This document shows, piece by piece, positions 13,201 through 26,665 of a stretch of DNA of 64,000 bases (positions are counted from its first letter, which is position 1; each line of letters opens with the position of its first letter). A program made the translations under genes and the position numbers. Source of the DNA: Owenia fusiformis (lineage: Eukaryota). The DNA is taken from contig CAIIXF020000001.1 of NCBI GenBank assembly GCA_903813345.2, positions 21,886,001-21,950,000 on the forward strand, given 5' to 3'. The notes beneath the pieces are model-generated. The model saw nothing but the letters and a program-made list of their open reading frames with translations. It made no database searches and was not told the origin of the DNA.

Positions 13201-15645
13201 TGCAAATTTTGATAGATATGATTTCTAATATATTGTTCGAGTAGATTCGATAAAGAGAGAATTTGATAAAAGATGAGAATGTTTCTAAAAAAATTTTTTG
13301 CTATCATATATTCTTTTTGTTATTGAATCTAAGTAGATACTGTACTCCGGATAAATTTCGAAGCTATAAAATTTAGCGATTTTTCAAAATTGCAATTGAG
13401 TTGATGACATTTCATCCGGTAATTTTAGTCCGTTCAGAATCCGAATCATGTTTGTATTTCCCACGTTTAGGGCATTTATTTGAATATTTTTGAATAGCTT
13501 TTTCAACTTAAATTTGTAGGATATCATTGTCGTCAACAGTTCTTGCCTTTGTTGGCCTAATAAGCCAATTCAAAATGTTAGACATTTTAGGCCTTTTTTT
13601 GAATTATCGCCCAACAACACTGGACGAATGTTTTACACCGAACGAAAATTATCAAATGTCCCGGGTCATATCCCCCGGGATTTAAAACACAAATGTTCGC
13701 GACGATAAATGTTCGCGATTTTACTACATTCGCGAACAAGGCAAAATCAAATCGCACGCGAACAATACCTGGAGTACAATATAGACTTATACCAGATCTT
13801 TTGTGAAGCCAAGGTGAGACATTCTGCAGGTTTTGAAAAATAAAGTCAGGATTATTACAGGCTTTTCACAACCATAATCAATGAATGCCATGGTATATTT
13901 CTGCAACTTACCTCCATTAAGAATAGCTTCTCTGTGTTTGTCATACCAGGCTCTTTCTTGGGGGTCACTGAGTACATCATAGGCTTGCTGTATGACACGG
14001 AACACCTCGGTAGCCTCTTGAAGATTTGCTAGATTCTTATCTGAAACATGTAGAAATGGACAAATGGTATTTCTTCATTCAATTAACATCATCTGAGCAA
14101 ATAATATGCCTTCTTGAGGAAGTGAAAATTTAAATCGAACTGTATGTGGCCTCCATCGAACTTAGATGTAGTCTATTTGGGTCACTTCATCCTGAGGCTA
14201 CATGGACTTATTTCGACCATCAAAAATTCAAATTTCCAGATTGCCAGCTTAGATTAGACCTGAAATTACTCCTTGTTGCGTGTTAAAAAAGACAAGAACT
14301 TAACTTTGACACATGAGTGTTACCTGATGAATGGACCCTCACGTGCCTTCCAAATGGTAGTAAACGAACTCCAATGTAACTACATCAGCTTATCTTATCT
14401 TATCAACAATAAGTACAGTTATACAAGAAATGTAAACAAATCGCATTTTATTTAGCTCTCGTAAAATGAATGAACAAACATTCCATTTTCACATATGTTG
14501 GGTAATATAATTTATCCTATGCCAAGTAGAGTTTTAGGGAGATAAGATGGTAAAATATATCCCGTATCCTGATTTTGAGGTTTCCATATCCAGAACCTCC
14601 ATATCTCCCGCCATATCTCCCGCTTCGGTGCATATCTTCCCGCTTCCGGTGCATATCTTCCCGCTTCCGGTGCATATCTTCCCGCTTCCGGTAATGCAAT
14701 AAAATGACTTTGCATATGAATGATTTGTTTATTTTTACACCGTGTACTATTGAAATGGCCATATGCCCCTGAAAACTCTACTTGGTATAGGATAAAGCAG
14801 TTATGTACCATCGGTTTGGATATTGGGTTCATCCCTCGTGAGATATGCATATCTACCTGAGGGACCGTAGGGACCGAAGGACCCGCTGGATAAACCCCAT
14901 ATCCAAAACCTCCCAGTACATAACCCTTATGTATCAGAACTTTCGGAAATGACAAGCCAGTCAGAACATTTTTGGAAATTTTTTCAGTTCGTTTACATTT
15001 CTTGTATAACTGTACTTATTGTTGATCGGACGGAAAGATAAGCTGATGTAGTTACATTGAAGTTCGTTTACTACCATTTAGAAGGCACGTGAGGGTAACA
15101 CTTATACAGTATGTCGAAGTTAAGTTCTTGCCTTTTTAACACTGTAACAAAGAGTATAAGTCATTGTTAAAGCAGCCACATGATAAAGTAACTATATGAA
15201 AGTAAACCATGAGGCGAACTTCGACAGAAGAGGTGAGGACCTTAGATGGGGATGCTCCACTCTGATGAGTTGGACTATTGGAGTTTTGACGTACATCACC
15301 TTCTATATCAGATTTATAAATAAAGACCCTACGGCTACAGGTCATCTTTGCATCTGTACATTACAAGGACTCCTACATTTAGGAAAATACATCCACATCT
15401 TAGATACATAGCTAAATTATATTTGAGATAATGAATTTAAGTGTAATTTAGCGAGTTCCAGTGATGATAATAATCTGCTGAAGTGAATGAAATTCAGTGA
15501 TAAAAACACATTTTACCTTATTATCGCCCACCAATAAAAATCACAAACCTGGATGCCATTTTAAGGCTAACTTTCTGTACGATTTCTTTAGGTCATCGTC
15601 TGTAGCGTTCCTTTGTACACCCAGAACTTCATAATGACACTTCAT
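7226..15645 (-). CDS. DNAJC21: DnaJ homolog subfamily C member 21 (multi-exon)
   Basis: Exon 1 (15549-15645) [33 protein letters not shown] (J domain HPD). Further exons encode [52 protein letters not shown], zinc finger [25 protein letters not shown] and terminal zinc finger [23 protein letters not shown]. Stop at 7226-7228. GT-AG introns. Confidence 0.95.
8280..8375. repeat. Short interspersed repeat fragment; related copies at ~17866-17975, ~31604-31678 and partial ~9801
   Basis: Shared blocks (TGC)CATTTGTTACAGA and GAGACT(AT/TC)AACAATATG(TCACCA) recur in introns of three genes. Confidence 0.6.
11302..11794. mobile_element. TA-flanked MITE, family A copy 1 (DNAJC21 intron)
   Basis: TACTGTACTCCGGGTAA ... 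TTACCCGGAGTACAGTA. Internal sequence colinear with the copy at 13338-13781. Confidence 0.85.
13338..13781. mobile_element. TA-flanked MITE, family A copy 2 (DNAJC21 intron)
   Basis: TACTGTACTCCGGATAA ... CCTGGAGTACAATA. Highly similar to 11302-11794. Confidence 0.85.
14267..15156. mobile_element. MITE with ~170-bp imperfect TIRs and internal 21-bp tandem repeat
   Basis: 14267-14440 is reverse-complementary to ~14990-15156 (e.g. CCCTCACGTGCCTTC / GAAGGCACGTGAGGG). Internal TCCCGCTTCCGGTGCATATCT repeats at ~14600-14695. Confidence 0.8.
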
Positions 15646-16702
15646 TTTGTCTACTGTACTCAGGTAGGGTAAGAAAACCAATTTTAGCGTAGAAAAAATG
15701 TTTCAGAAAATTTTGCAATTCTTTTATTAGCGCCACCTATAAAATCCTGGACGAAAAGACAAACATGTTTTCCCGGGTAATTGTTACTTCAGTCGTACTT
15801 TCTGCCAACCAATGGTAGAAGCGTCATTATGCTTGACCATATGGCCTTATCACAGTATTGAGAGTATGAAACAAAAATAATGTCATAACAGATAATTATA
15901 CGAAAATGTCCTGAGTGTCAAAATCCCATTCCCTATTGATGCAAAACATTCTTTATCCTAGTACAAAACCTGATTTAGTCAAATTAATAGAATTTTCCAG
16001 GATTTTACATTTCTCTAATTCACAACTGGTGATATATAGTAAAAGTTTTTCTGTAATATAAACAGTCCATCTTCTACATTACCTTTACCTAGTTAATTAA
16101 TGACATTGCTGATTTTATAAATTGATTCTTTATTTTGATAGTATGGCTTATTGAATATTTTCAGTTCCATATGTTTGTATATACATGTGTAAAGCAGTGA
16201 AGGCTCACAACTAACATTATTACATTTCTAAAGTAAAGAATTTTTTTATTTAAGTTTAACTTTGAAAAAGTTCATGTAAAACATAATATTAGCCTAGTAT
16301 ATATTCTTTTAGTAAGATTATTATATGTCATGATTCATTGTGCCAATAATCATTGCGAACCCACATTACAAGGGTTAGGCCTATTTTAATGTTTGTTTAT
16401 GTTATGATAATGATAACGATGAGGGATGTAGCCATTAGTCAAGATATAGAAAAAGGTGATTCAAAATGCTGAGGCAAAAAGGCGAGGCAAAAATTGAGTC
16501 AATGGCAATACAGAAATGTATCCAAGTTTTATTTAATTTTCATGGTTTTAATTACAAAACAATTCATTGACATTTCTCTGTAAGAACTTGGATAGGCAAT
16601 TGCCTCACCCACTTAATGCCTCATGTACTCCTATCACAATGGTAGGCCTAATGTCATTTATCAGAGTTAGTTTCATGACTGCTTATCAGACTAAAGGCCT
16701 GC

Positions 16703-19700
16703 TTATAGCCATTCTCCATATCTGAGTTTATTTGGTAAGTACACTTCAGTCAAATAATTTGGTGACAGAGACGTTAAACATTGTATTTCTCCTTTGTAGC
16801 CTGAATCTAGCATCAACTGTAACTGAAACAAAGCAAACAAAAAATCATAATGAAAATTGTATTCAATAATCAATACCACCAGAGATCACAGAAATTCAAA
16901 ATTTCAGGTTATAGTAATGTCAGAATTACAGCATAAGCATATTTTAAATATATGTAGACTGTTCCTTTGGTTATTTACCTTAGCCTAGTTTCACAATAAT
17001 TTTAGAATAAAATGTATAAGACATTCAGCGATGGATACACTACATGCTCTTAATCCCCTACTTTACAATACTCCAACATGGGGCCTTAAAGTGTTTAATA
17101 ACTTTAAATAAAAATAAAAAAGAATCCCAGTTCTCTTTTTACCTCTTTCTTCCACTGTAGTTGAGAGGAAAAGAATGGTCTACTTAGCAGTTCCTGTGCC
17201 TTTCTTATATCTAGAGTTGATAGACTAATCAAGCTTTCCTCAGGAATATGTAACCTGAAACATACAATACAAGGATAATTCAATGCAAGTAAGGCTGGCA
17301 CCAAGTGCTTTCATTCCTCCTTGCAACCTATTAGTAGGCAGGCTCGTTGACAGGGGGGGGGGGGTTGTTTTTAGAAAAATTCCAGAGGGGTTCAATTTTG
17401 CTCAAAATGGTGAAAAACCACATGATTTTGAAAGAACTTTTGGCCAGTGGGGGAAGGTGTTGCACCCCCAAAACCTGAATAGGTTTAAAATATATTAATG
17501 GGAGACAAGCTGCCAATAATCTGAATTGTTCATAAAAACTTGACATTTGACAGTTTGTATGATCATTGTTAATAATATTAAATTAAGTGCCATTAAGTGC
17601 TAATATGTAGTCATGCAATCAAAGTTGAGGATGATTAAAATAATCTGCAACAGTTTGTCAAAAATTAAATAGTTCATCAGATGCAATTATTCCTTGATTG
17701 ATGTGTTTTGATCTTGGATCATGAATATTACTGGAAGTGAAGACTAGACTCACTGTTGAATATCAGATGGTAGAACTCCAACCCAACGCATGGTAGGAAC
17801 TGTCAGACTTGGTGCTTCAAAGGACAATGACTAAAATAAATAATAAACAAGGCATTAATATATAAAATGTCTCCACCTGCCATTTGTTACAGACTTCAAC
17901 CACCAAACACCAGCTTCCTAACACCAACTGCCTAACACAAACCAAATGTTTGAGACTATAACAATATGTCACCATTTGTGTGGTCTTGGTTGTGACATAA
18001 AAAGATTGAGATAAGGCTAGAAATACAAATATTTCAAAAAAGGAAAATAACATAACTAGTTCAGAATACTTGAATAAGTAATGGAAAATAATTTACAAGC
18101 GAAAAATATTATACAGGGCCTTTAAAACCCATAAATAAGCCCATAATTAGGGAAAATCTAGATGTGTCATATGTGCTGTTGTCATTATTCAAACATTGTA
18201 TAATTTAGCTTTTCTTACCTTTGATCCAAACTTGTAATTGCACATGATTTCCATCCCTAAAAAAGGAACTTTTGATAAATTATTTAACAGTTTAAACAAA
18301 TCTGATCTTTCATTTTGGTTTGAAAACCAGTGAGGAAGCACAAAGGTAAATACTTGAAAAGAAAAGATGAAAGTGTAGAAAATATGTAATATTTTGAAGA
18401 TGTGTTGTAAATTATGAGTGAATTAGGGCTCACCATGAGGGTCAGCATCCACGAGGGCAAATGAAGGTAGATGGAATATTTCCCAGATTTTCCGCACCAT
18501 CAGTCTGGTGTTCATATCTGGGAAGCCTTTGCCCTGGAAAATAAAAATATTTTTCATATAATGGTATTCAATCAATGTCAGATGTTCTCCACTTGAAAAA
18601 TCAGAATTAGTTTCAGTTTCAAAAACATCTGAATAAATAATTTTCCATAAAATTTTGGTGTGCCAGTTTTTCTTCATGTCTAACTATGCCCCAACTTCAT
18701 ATATTTCGAATGCTGAATAAAGGCATGGGCCTTCTAGAGTATAAAGCCATGGTAAAGTTTTAGACAATATGTTACTTTGTGAAATAAATATACAATTTAT
18801 ATTGTACCGTTATTACAATACATGGGCCTAGTTTGTTACAAATATCTTCTTCCATAAGTTTCTGGAAAGTGGCATCCTTCTCTACAACCAGGACAAATCT
18901 TGCATCAGTGTACATGTCTTTCAGGCCCTGAACATGCATTGGAACCATCACTCCAACAGATGACAAGGAACAGTTGGTGGAGCTGCCATCCTCCTCTGTG
19001 AACCTCAGATTTCCAGCAATACAGCCTTTAGATGTCGCAAGCTGGAAATATAAGAGTTATATTGAATAAAAGGATGAAACTAAAACTGGGGTTGAAAAGG
19101 GACTTAAAAGAACTATAGTAGGAGTAACACATGTAATATCTCAATTCTCAAAGATAAACTGTTAACTAATATATACATCCAGTTAATTGCCTTTTTCACA
19201 CCATTAGCATACATGATTGTGGGCATATACATGTAGCCATGCATGTAAGAGGCAGGTCTCACCAAAACTTTACAAAAGAACATCAACTATTCTGATAGTT
19301 TTCTAAAACTGAAATAATCTAATAATGATAGTACCACTGTATCATATTCCCTATAATTCAAATCTGCCTCTTTTTATAACTTTTTAACAACTTTAGATCT
19401 TGGCTACTCCTAAGATGATCAATTGTTTACTTACCACATGTAGTTGCCAGCGTGGCACTTTCAGCATACAAGATATATTGTTAACTACTTCATCAACAAC
19501 TGACTGCCTCCCAAAAGCACCAACATTTTGGTAAAATATATCTCTGAAAAAAATGATACTGATCATAAAATAAAGCTGAATGTATTGTATAGGCCTAACA
19601 TTTTAAACAATGAACTTTATTTTCTTTGGAAAGAAGAACAAAATGAGATTTAATTTCGATTTCAATCTCAATAATCAACAATGGGGGAATTGATATTAGC

Positions 19701-20974
19701 CTACCTTTTAGTAGAAAAAGTGTCACTTTGCACCAGGCGGTAGATGATGGATAACACTTTCAGTGTTGTTGCTGAAAATGAATGATTTAAAAATGCCTAT
19801 ATTTAACTGTTTTTGAAAGAGCTGGAAGAAAAAGTAATAGACTTTTTGTTTTTTTATTTCTTTCGAATTTCCCGCCATTTTAACAATAAAAGTTCAGATC
19901 ATCAAATACTCCACTACAGTCTGACACACATGACAAGAAAAAAAACAAAAAATGAGGAAAGTCACAATATTTCAATCGCTCTCAATCAATTTTTCAAGTT
20001 TTTATGAAGGCATCAAAATTAATAGTGAAGTTATTTTAGGCATTATTTTTCATGAGTAGTTTTGTTTCAGTATAAATACATATTCACCTAATTTGTTGAC
20101 AGAGGCAATTGCATCAAACTTCACAGTAGTACAGTTAGAACCTGATATCATCTCTATCCCTGTATGGTCTTCAAACCTAACAAACAATTGTATTTTAAAA
20201 TCATGATACAAAAAAATTAATCGTTTGCTGGGTTGGTGTACTACATGGTTTATTGGGGTTTAGGATGATGCCCTTTGAGCTCTCAGAGTCCTACTTATTA
20301 ACTGTGCCTAACTGTGTAAGATGTTACAGGAATTTAATTTAATTTAATTTAATTAACAATTAATTAATTCAATTAACACAATTTAATGACTTACATGATG
20401 TTATCCCATGTACTTCTGCTGTCATATGTGAGAGAAGGAGGTTCTCCATTGGAAAGTCCTCTGCATATTTCTAATATTTTACTTTCAATCTTCCCAAGGG
20501 TGTTATCCCTGGAATGTCAAATGTTATTACTGTAAATTGAATATTTTTAATAACAGCATTTTGGTCATAAGTAAATATACAAATGTTAATTGGTAGTCTA
20601 ATTGTTTTTCAAAGCAGAAAGGCAGAAAACAGAAAATACATGTTCATAAAAAATGGTGATGTCATGATGGGAGCTCTGTTAGCACCAGGCCAGAAGCAAG
20701 AGGCAAGGGTTCTTTCAAAGTCAGTTTTTCCTGAGCTCTTTACAAGTGATTTTTGGGCAAAATTTTAAACCTCCCAGAAGTCCCACCTCCATACCACAGG
20801 AACATGTGGCAACAAGTAGCGACATCTATTAAATTACTGTTCTGAGTCTGAAAGTCTCTAATATGGTGACTCAGATTATGAGATAGAGTCAGAACCCCGG
20901 GGTTAGAACAGTACATGTCATTGTGGTCCATACTTCCAAAACAAAGCTTACCTTTTCAGATTTAGATATTCCAT
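16703..20974 (-). CDS. SPO11: Meiotic recombination protein SPO11 (multi-exon; 5' end uncertain)
   Basis: Exons encode DSRSTWDNI, TFSTK/RDIFYQN (catalytic Tyr), LATSKGCIAGNL, VLVVEKDATFQ, GKGFPDMNTR, ALVDADPHG (Toprim DxD), WVGVLPSDI, KGEIQCL and YLPNKLRYGEWL* (stop 16703-16705). Putative first coding exon MEYLNLK at 20952-20974 is phase-compatible with the next exon. Confidence 0.93.
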
Positions 20975-22022
20975 TGATATTGGTCTAGTTGAAAGCCCAT
21001 GGTTTTATTCATTTGACCTGAAGGTGGGGGGGGGGGGGTGAATGACTTTTGTCTGTGTGTGGTGGGGGGGAGGATGGGCTCTGGATTACTTTCATCATCC
21101 AATACATCGATGAATTGGTCCTTTCCATCAAATCAAGGAAGAAGAAGAAGAATGTAGATTTGAATATTTGAAAATCTTAGATTATTTGAAAGTTTGAATT
21201 TTGGCTTAAAAATTTCGAAATTTTTCTAATTCGCGATTATTTCACTCTACCTGGTCGCTGATTCGGTCAAAATCACGGCCTCATCGTTTATCAGGGTAGT
21301 TGGGGTGGCGACAAGCTTATTAATTCGATCATCATCTTCAAGTTTTCTCCTTAATTCATCAACAAAACTCCACATGTGGTCTGTTGACATTTTTGTCGTC
21401 TGAAAATTCTACCAGATTACGCCGGAGATTGCGTTTTCTCAACTTTGGTTGCGCCAGCCGAACCATCATCCCATTTCGAGTCATTTTCAAGCCCCGGGGT
21501 TTCAAGCTGCTTTGAATTACTCTAAATTTAAATCTCAACAGTTTGACCAGGGTTACTCGGGGGATTGATCCGACCAAGCTAACCTTACGCAGTTCACAAT
21601 ATTGTGTTTTGTATGTTGCTCTTTTTCTCGCGCCATGAGCACAGCAGGCAACGAACAACAGAGCAAGATAATAGAAAACACATCTAACATAAGTCATAAA
21701 CCAGAGTAAACATGCAACTGTTTCATCAACAAAGATCATCTGTCAAAATCAACACGGTAAAGCCAAACAATGCCCCCGCTGATGTAGCTGATGATGATTG
21801 GTTGGATCAACCAAACATAGCCAATTACGTAACCCTAGTTGGAGGGTAATGTTTTCATTAGTATTTACCCCACTTCATTCCTAAGCCAATAACTGCTAAT
21901 CAATGGAACATACAAGACGCAATACATTAACAGAAAGAAAACTGTGAAAACTTACTAGGAATAAAAATATAAAATGCTTGCACTATGGAAGAAGAGAAAA
22001 GATAAGAACAAGAACTGACAAG

Positions 22023-25000
22023 ATGAGGACATCTAACATGATAAGGTAAAAACTATTCAAGTTCTATACTATTATGTTGTTTCAAGGGGTTCTGTTCATT
22101 ATTTCTTGAAGCCAAGAAGTTGTTTTACTGAAAAACAACACTGTCATATTTTAAATGAGGTTCAGTATTTAACGATCTAAGATGATTGTGTTCCCAGATA
22201 ACGACTGCCATCGACCTGATTGTGACAAGTTTTTTAAGGGGTGGGGGAGAACGACTTTGATATGCTTTTGAGGTGCACATTTTATTTTTCTATGAGGTAA
22301 TAGATATAAGCATCAACAGAAGAAATTGAAGAGTAGTCTATTTTGATCATTGGCAGGAAAGATCAAAGCAAAGGATCAAAGAATTTAATTAGATAAAGAA
22401 GCCATATCTCTGGTTGTTAATTGAAGTATCTGTCTCATCATGATAGCTAATTATATATTAATATAATATGATCGTAAATATAAGGAATTTTGGCTTCTTA
22501 TATTTGAAATACCTGTTTTTAATATTCAGTCATCATTGAGAAATTACAAAACGATTTGGAGGCATTTGGTACAAAAGCACAATTTTAGCACAATCACGTT
22601 CTTATAATTGTTGAAGTGCATTTGACAACACAGAATCCATGAGACTGATGGTTGTGTTTTGGTGTTTCAGTAGTGTGCTTTGGTTGGTGTTTATTACTGG
22701 AGTCTCAGGACATTCCATAGAGTCTGGAAAGAGGGGACAACATAAGAACCACCCAGAGAAACGTAAGTTTACAAATTTTATTAAGGTACAATGTAGTTAC
22801 AAACAATTACAAAAGTTGAAAAAATGAGGAAAAGTCACTGTAACATTAGATCAAAAAATGTAATTTTGAACTAGGTCTCTTACTATAAAAGGTAAATTTA
22901 TTTTGATGAAAATTACACTTTCTCACTACACACTGGGCTACCAAAAGTTCTTATGCTGTGAAAAATGCAAGATATCTCAACACATACATGTATACCCTAG
23001 GTTGGGCCCTAGGTATACCCAATACTGCAATAGGCTGTAACTTGTATTGAACGCCTCAAGGGCCTCATGGGTGAGTCAATAAGTAAAGTCAATGGCTATT
23101 TACACTTTATTAAGATGTTCTTGTTCATCAAGTATTTGAGTCAACCTAACTATTTTATTTTAATTATTACGTTATTTAAAAGTCTGATTGCTAATGAATG
23201 CAGCTGGTCCACGCGACAACATATTTATAGCGGTACTCATCACCCACTCGAAATGTCACATACCCCTGATCAAACACTCCATGGTCCTCAACGATGTTTA
23301 GCTCTGTAACAACACTAATTGCTATTGTATTTCAAAGTGTGTCTTTAATGGACAGTTTCACAGAAATTTCTAGTATTTAAACTGCTACTCGAGGACCTTT
23401 AATTATTTACATTATAGGTGACAAAACTTGCTTAAAATATTTCAAACAGACTTTCTTGTTTATGGGATTTAGAATTCAAACTGGGTTGATTCAAACTTAG
23501 ATGGGCCACCGTGGATATGGATGTCCTAATGCAAACCATATGGTTAAACTATTTGTGTTCTAAGTCACATCTCTATAACTGGAATGAAAGCTTGCTTACA
23601 TTAACGGATTATCTGATTAATAAGTTAATTCCATATTTGCAAATTGAAGAAATGTAACCATAGCAACTTTGGAAATGTTCCCATAATCCAAGCTGTAATT
23701 ATCCCGTTACCGGCTTAGCGCTTTATATTTCATGAGAAGTTTAACTTTATTCAACTCACTTTCCATTTCATATTGTTCCATACTGTTAATGTTGCTCTAT
23801 ATATGCAACAATTTTCCACAAAAGGCCAATTTCTATTAACCAAACCTGTAGTCTTAAACCAATGATGAGCAATTATCACAGTTGTGTTTCTCTTTATAAT
23901 AATAAACTATTGTAACATGCAATCATAAGGTTGTAATAGTTGTGCTAATTCTCAGTATCAACGCTTTCATCATTAGTTCAGAAACGTGAAAAATAATAAA
24001 TTGTCATGCAATGATTTTACACAAGGAGTGTGGTTTGGGGAATCCTGTAGGCTTGTAAAATGGATATATATTTTTTAATTTACCGCCATCAAAATTTTTA
24101 TTACACTGTACAACTTCAAGTGGTGCAACTGAAACTATAGATATATTATGATTTTAATGCATTTCCAGTAATTTATCATATTGTATGTAACAAAATCATA
24201 AATATTTTGCCATTAATTTCAGGTGATCGTGTAAACGAAGAGATCACGAATGAAATCAGCACCAATCCAGGGAGAAAGCACCATAACCGTGCAAATGGAG
24301 GGACGTCAAAGAAAGTGAAAATAACAAAGAAATCCAAAAAGGATTGCTGCAACGGTAACGGCATCTGTTACCTTGGAAACTTTTGCCATTGTGATCAGTG
24401 AGTACACATTTTTCAATTATATCTCAGATGAAGATATATATTTCGTTTCTTCATCCTAGATTATACTGTATCAAGCTAAAACTAGGTACAGATCGTATCG
24501 GCGAAATTGATTTCTAAAATAGATATCGTTCACACTGGAGAAAATGAGTTCCAGATGAAACCCCGCTGATCAACATTTCGATTTAATTTTGAATCATCGT
24601 ACTCAGTAGTAACTACATTGCAAATTAAGTTTTATTTGTAAAATTAGTTGTCTTCTATTTTTCTCATTATATCTCTTATTTTTAAGACAGAAGAATCATT
24701 CCGAATTTTCGCTATTCCGAATAATTATCTTGAATTCAAACAAAGTTATTCAGTTACTAATTGTAAAGTGTACAAATTGGTGAAATTAACTATTTTAAGA
24801 TAATGATTGAATATGATACATAGGGGTAGCAAAATTTTAGAAGTAATTTTGAAATATATATATTTCTCAAATATTCAAAGTTACTAGGAGTAGCCATATT
24901 TATTATCTTGAAATGATACACACTGGTGAGAAACAACGCATACACATTTCGTAGATTATTCATCAGTCCACTCATTTATTTCCAGTCGCTACTATGGGCG

Positions 25001-25824
25001 TTATTGCGAGTACTACCTAGAGCATGAGTTCTGCGGCCCTGAGATAGAACATGGTACCTGGCACCCAACAGGCTGCTTCATGTGCTTCTGTTTCAACGGG
25101 GAGATGGACTGCATGAGACAGAAACGATTCGATACATGCAGTAAGTACAATTAGAAAACAGTTGATTGGTATTTACTACTTGTTGATTTTTTCTTAATCT
25201 ATAAAAGTTTGAATTTTCGTGACAAGGATGCAGTCATTTTGTCCGGGTAGACTTCAAATGGGATGGATGATACTAATAATAGACAATTGTGCGAGGGAGT
25301 TTTCTTTGGTTCAATCTGTTTTACACACTGATAAAAATCTAGTTCTGATACCACCTTATAAATGTTTCAACTAATTATACTCAATTGTCCAATATATAAT
25401 TTCATAATAAAAAAGAAAGGAAATGGGGGCTCACTCTGAACTCGTACTGCAAGGTTGAGTCCAGTTAACTTACTTGTCTTGTTTTAAGAGCAGTTAACTT
25501 ATATGACTGTCTAAATAACTCTTAAGACACCATGATGCATCATCCAATACCTTTGTAAATAGAATTTCAATTTATTTTTAAGCTATGGAAGAACCTTTCC
25601 CCGTGTTTCCATGGGAGCAAAACTCAGTACAAGACACTGACACAGTGACACATGCCAACAAGAAGACACATCACCATATCAAGAAGACAAATCACCATAA
25701 CAAGAAGACACATCACCATAACAAAGAGACAACTGAATACAACACAGGGACACAACATAGGACACACCATGCGTTGTTTATCACACTCAGTCTCATGGTG
25801 ATACAATTGCTGTATATATTTTAA
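22023..25824 (+). CDS. EGF-CFC family protein (Cripto/Cryptic/one-eyed pinhead-like), 5 exons: 22023-22045, 22671-22762, 24223-24397, 24986-25140, 25583-25824
   Basis: Phase-consistent GT-AG splicing gives a signal peptide (SSVLWLVFITGVSG), truncated EGF CCNGNGICYLGNFCHCDHRYYGRYCE, CFC domain CGPEIEHGTWHPTGCFMCFCFNGEMDCMRQKRFDTC and a hydrophobic C-terminus ALFITLSLMVIQLLYIF* (GPI-signal-like). Alternative start ATG at 22639. Confidence 0.9.
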
Positions 25825-26180
25825 GTGCAATTTTAAATAATAGAAGATGCCATGAACATTAATGGAACTATTTTTAGTATCAATATAAAAATAAATGAGG
25901 GTCATATTGGTCCTGGAATATGCAATACCAGAATTGACTGACTAAATATTGGATATAGATGTACAATTTTAAAGACGAGGAGGATGGGGTATCGTTAAGA
26001 GGAATTTTAGTACTTGCACTTCATGACTCCACTGAAAGTAAACGTAGTCTGAAATGATAACAAATATGATATATCTATGAATAGACATTACTTTATTTTT
26101 ACAAGAATACTAATTGTCCTGTAAACCAGTTAGAATGACTGATTTACATTATATTGCTTTTAGACTACAAGATATTTTCA

Positions 26181-26366
26181 TACAGTAAAACCTGTAACCC
26201 CAAAAGCCTCTGGGACTGGTAAAAAGTGTTTGGATTGGCAGGTGTTCACATATCAAGGTTTTTGACACTGACGCCTATGGCTGATTGAATAAAAAATTGT
26301 ATAAAAAAGTGATCACATCGTGAGGTGATCAGATAAGAGTTGTTCTAATATACAGGTTTTACTGTA
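26181..26366. mobile_element. Short Tc1/mariner/pogo-type MITE
   Basis: TACAGTAAAACCTGTA ... TACAGGTTTTACTGTA termini, TA-flanked. Confidence 0.75.
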
Positions 26367-26665
26367 CATGAAAAGGACCAGTCATATTCAAGTTAACGTA
26401 CACAATGTTCTATCTCATATCATGTAAATAATGGAAGAATCAAATTCTCCTTGTATATACACTCAGACATTAAATGTATTTCTGTATTTTTATACAATAA
26501 ATTTCAGTTTAGCTGCCATAATTCTTTTATTACTTCTCAGTATCTACATATACATAGAGTGTATATTACACTATACAACTCTCAAATTCTCATACGCTTT
26601 CAGATAATGCTTAAAATGAATTGCTGCTTACATCAATTTTATAAAGACCAAGTATAACAAGTAAT

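Noticed and set aside
14512-14955. 147-aa ORF with EAGRYAP repeats
   Set aside because: Produced by a 21-bp tandem repeat inside a MITE; no domain recognised.
20975-21135. Longer SPO11 N-terminus (frame reading DQFIDVLDDESNPEP)
   Set aside because: That frame has no ATG and all three frames are closed upstream of the ATG at 20974. An error in the G13 homopolymer would not open them. Needs cDNA.
21359-21739. 126-aa minus-strand ORF between SPO11 and the EGF-CFC gene
   Set aside because: No recognisable motif or splice context; likely a chance ORF in a GC-richer promoter region.
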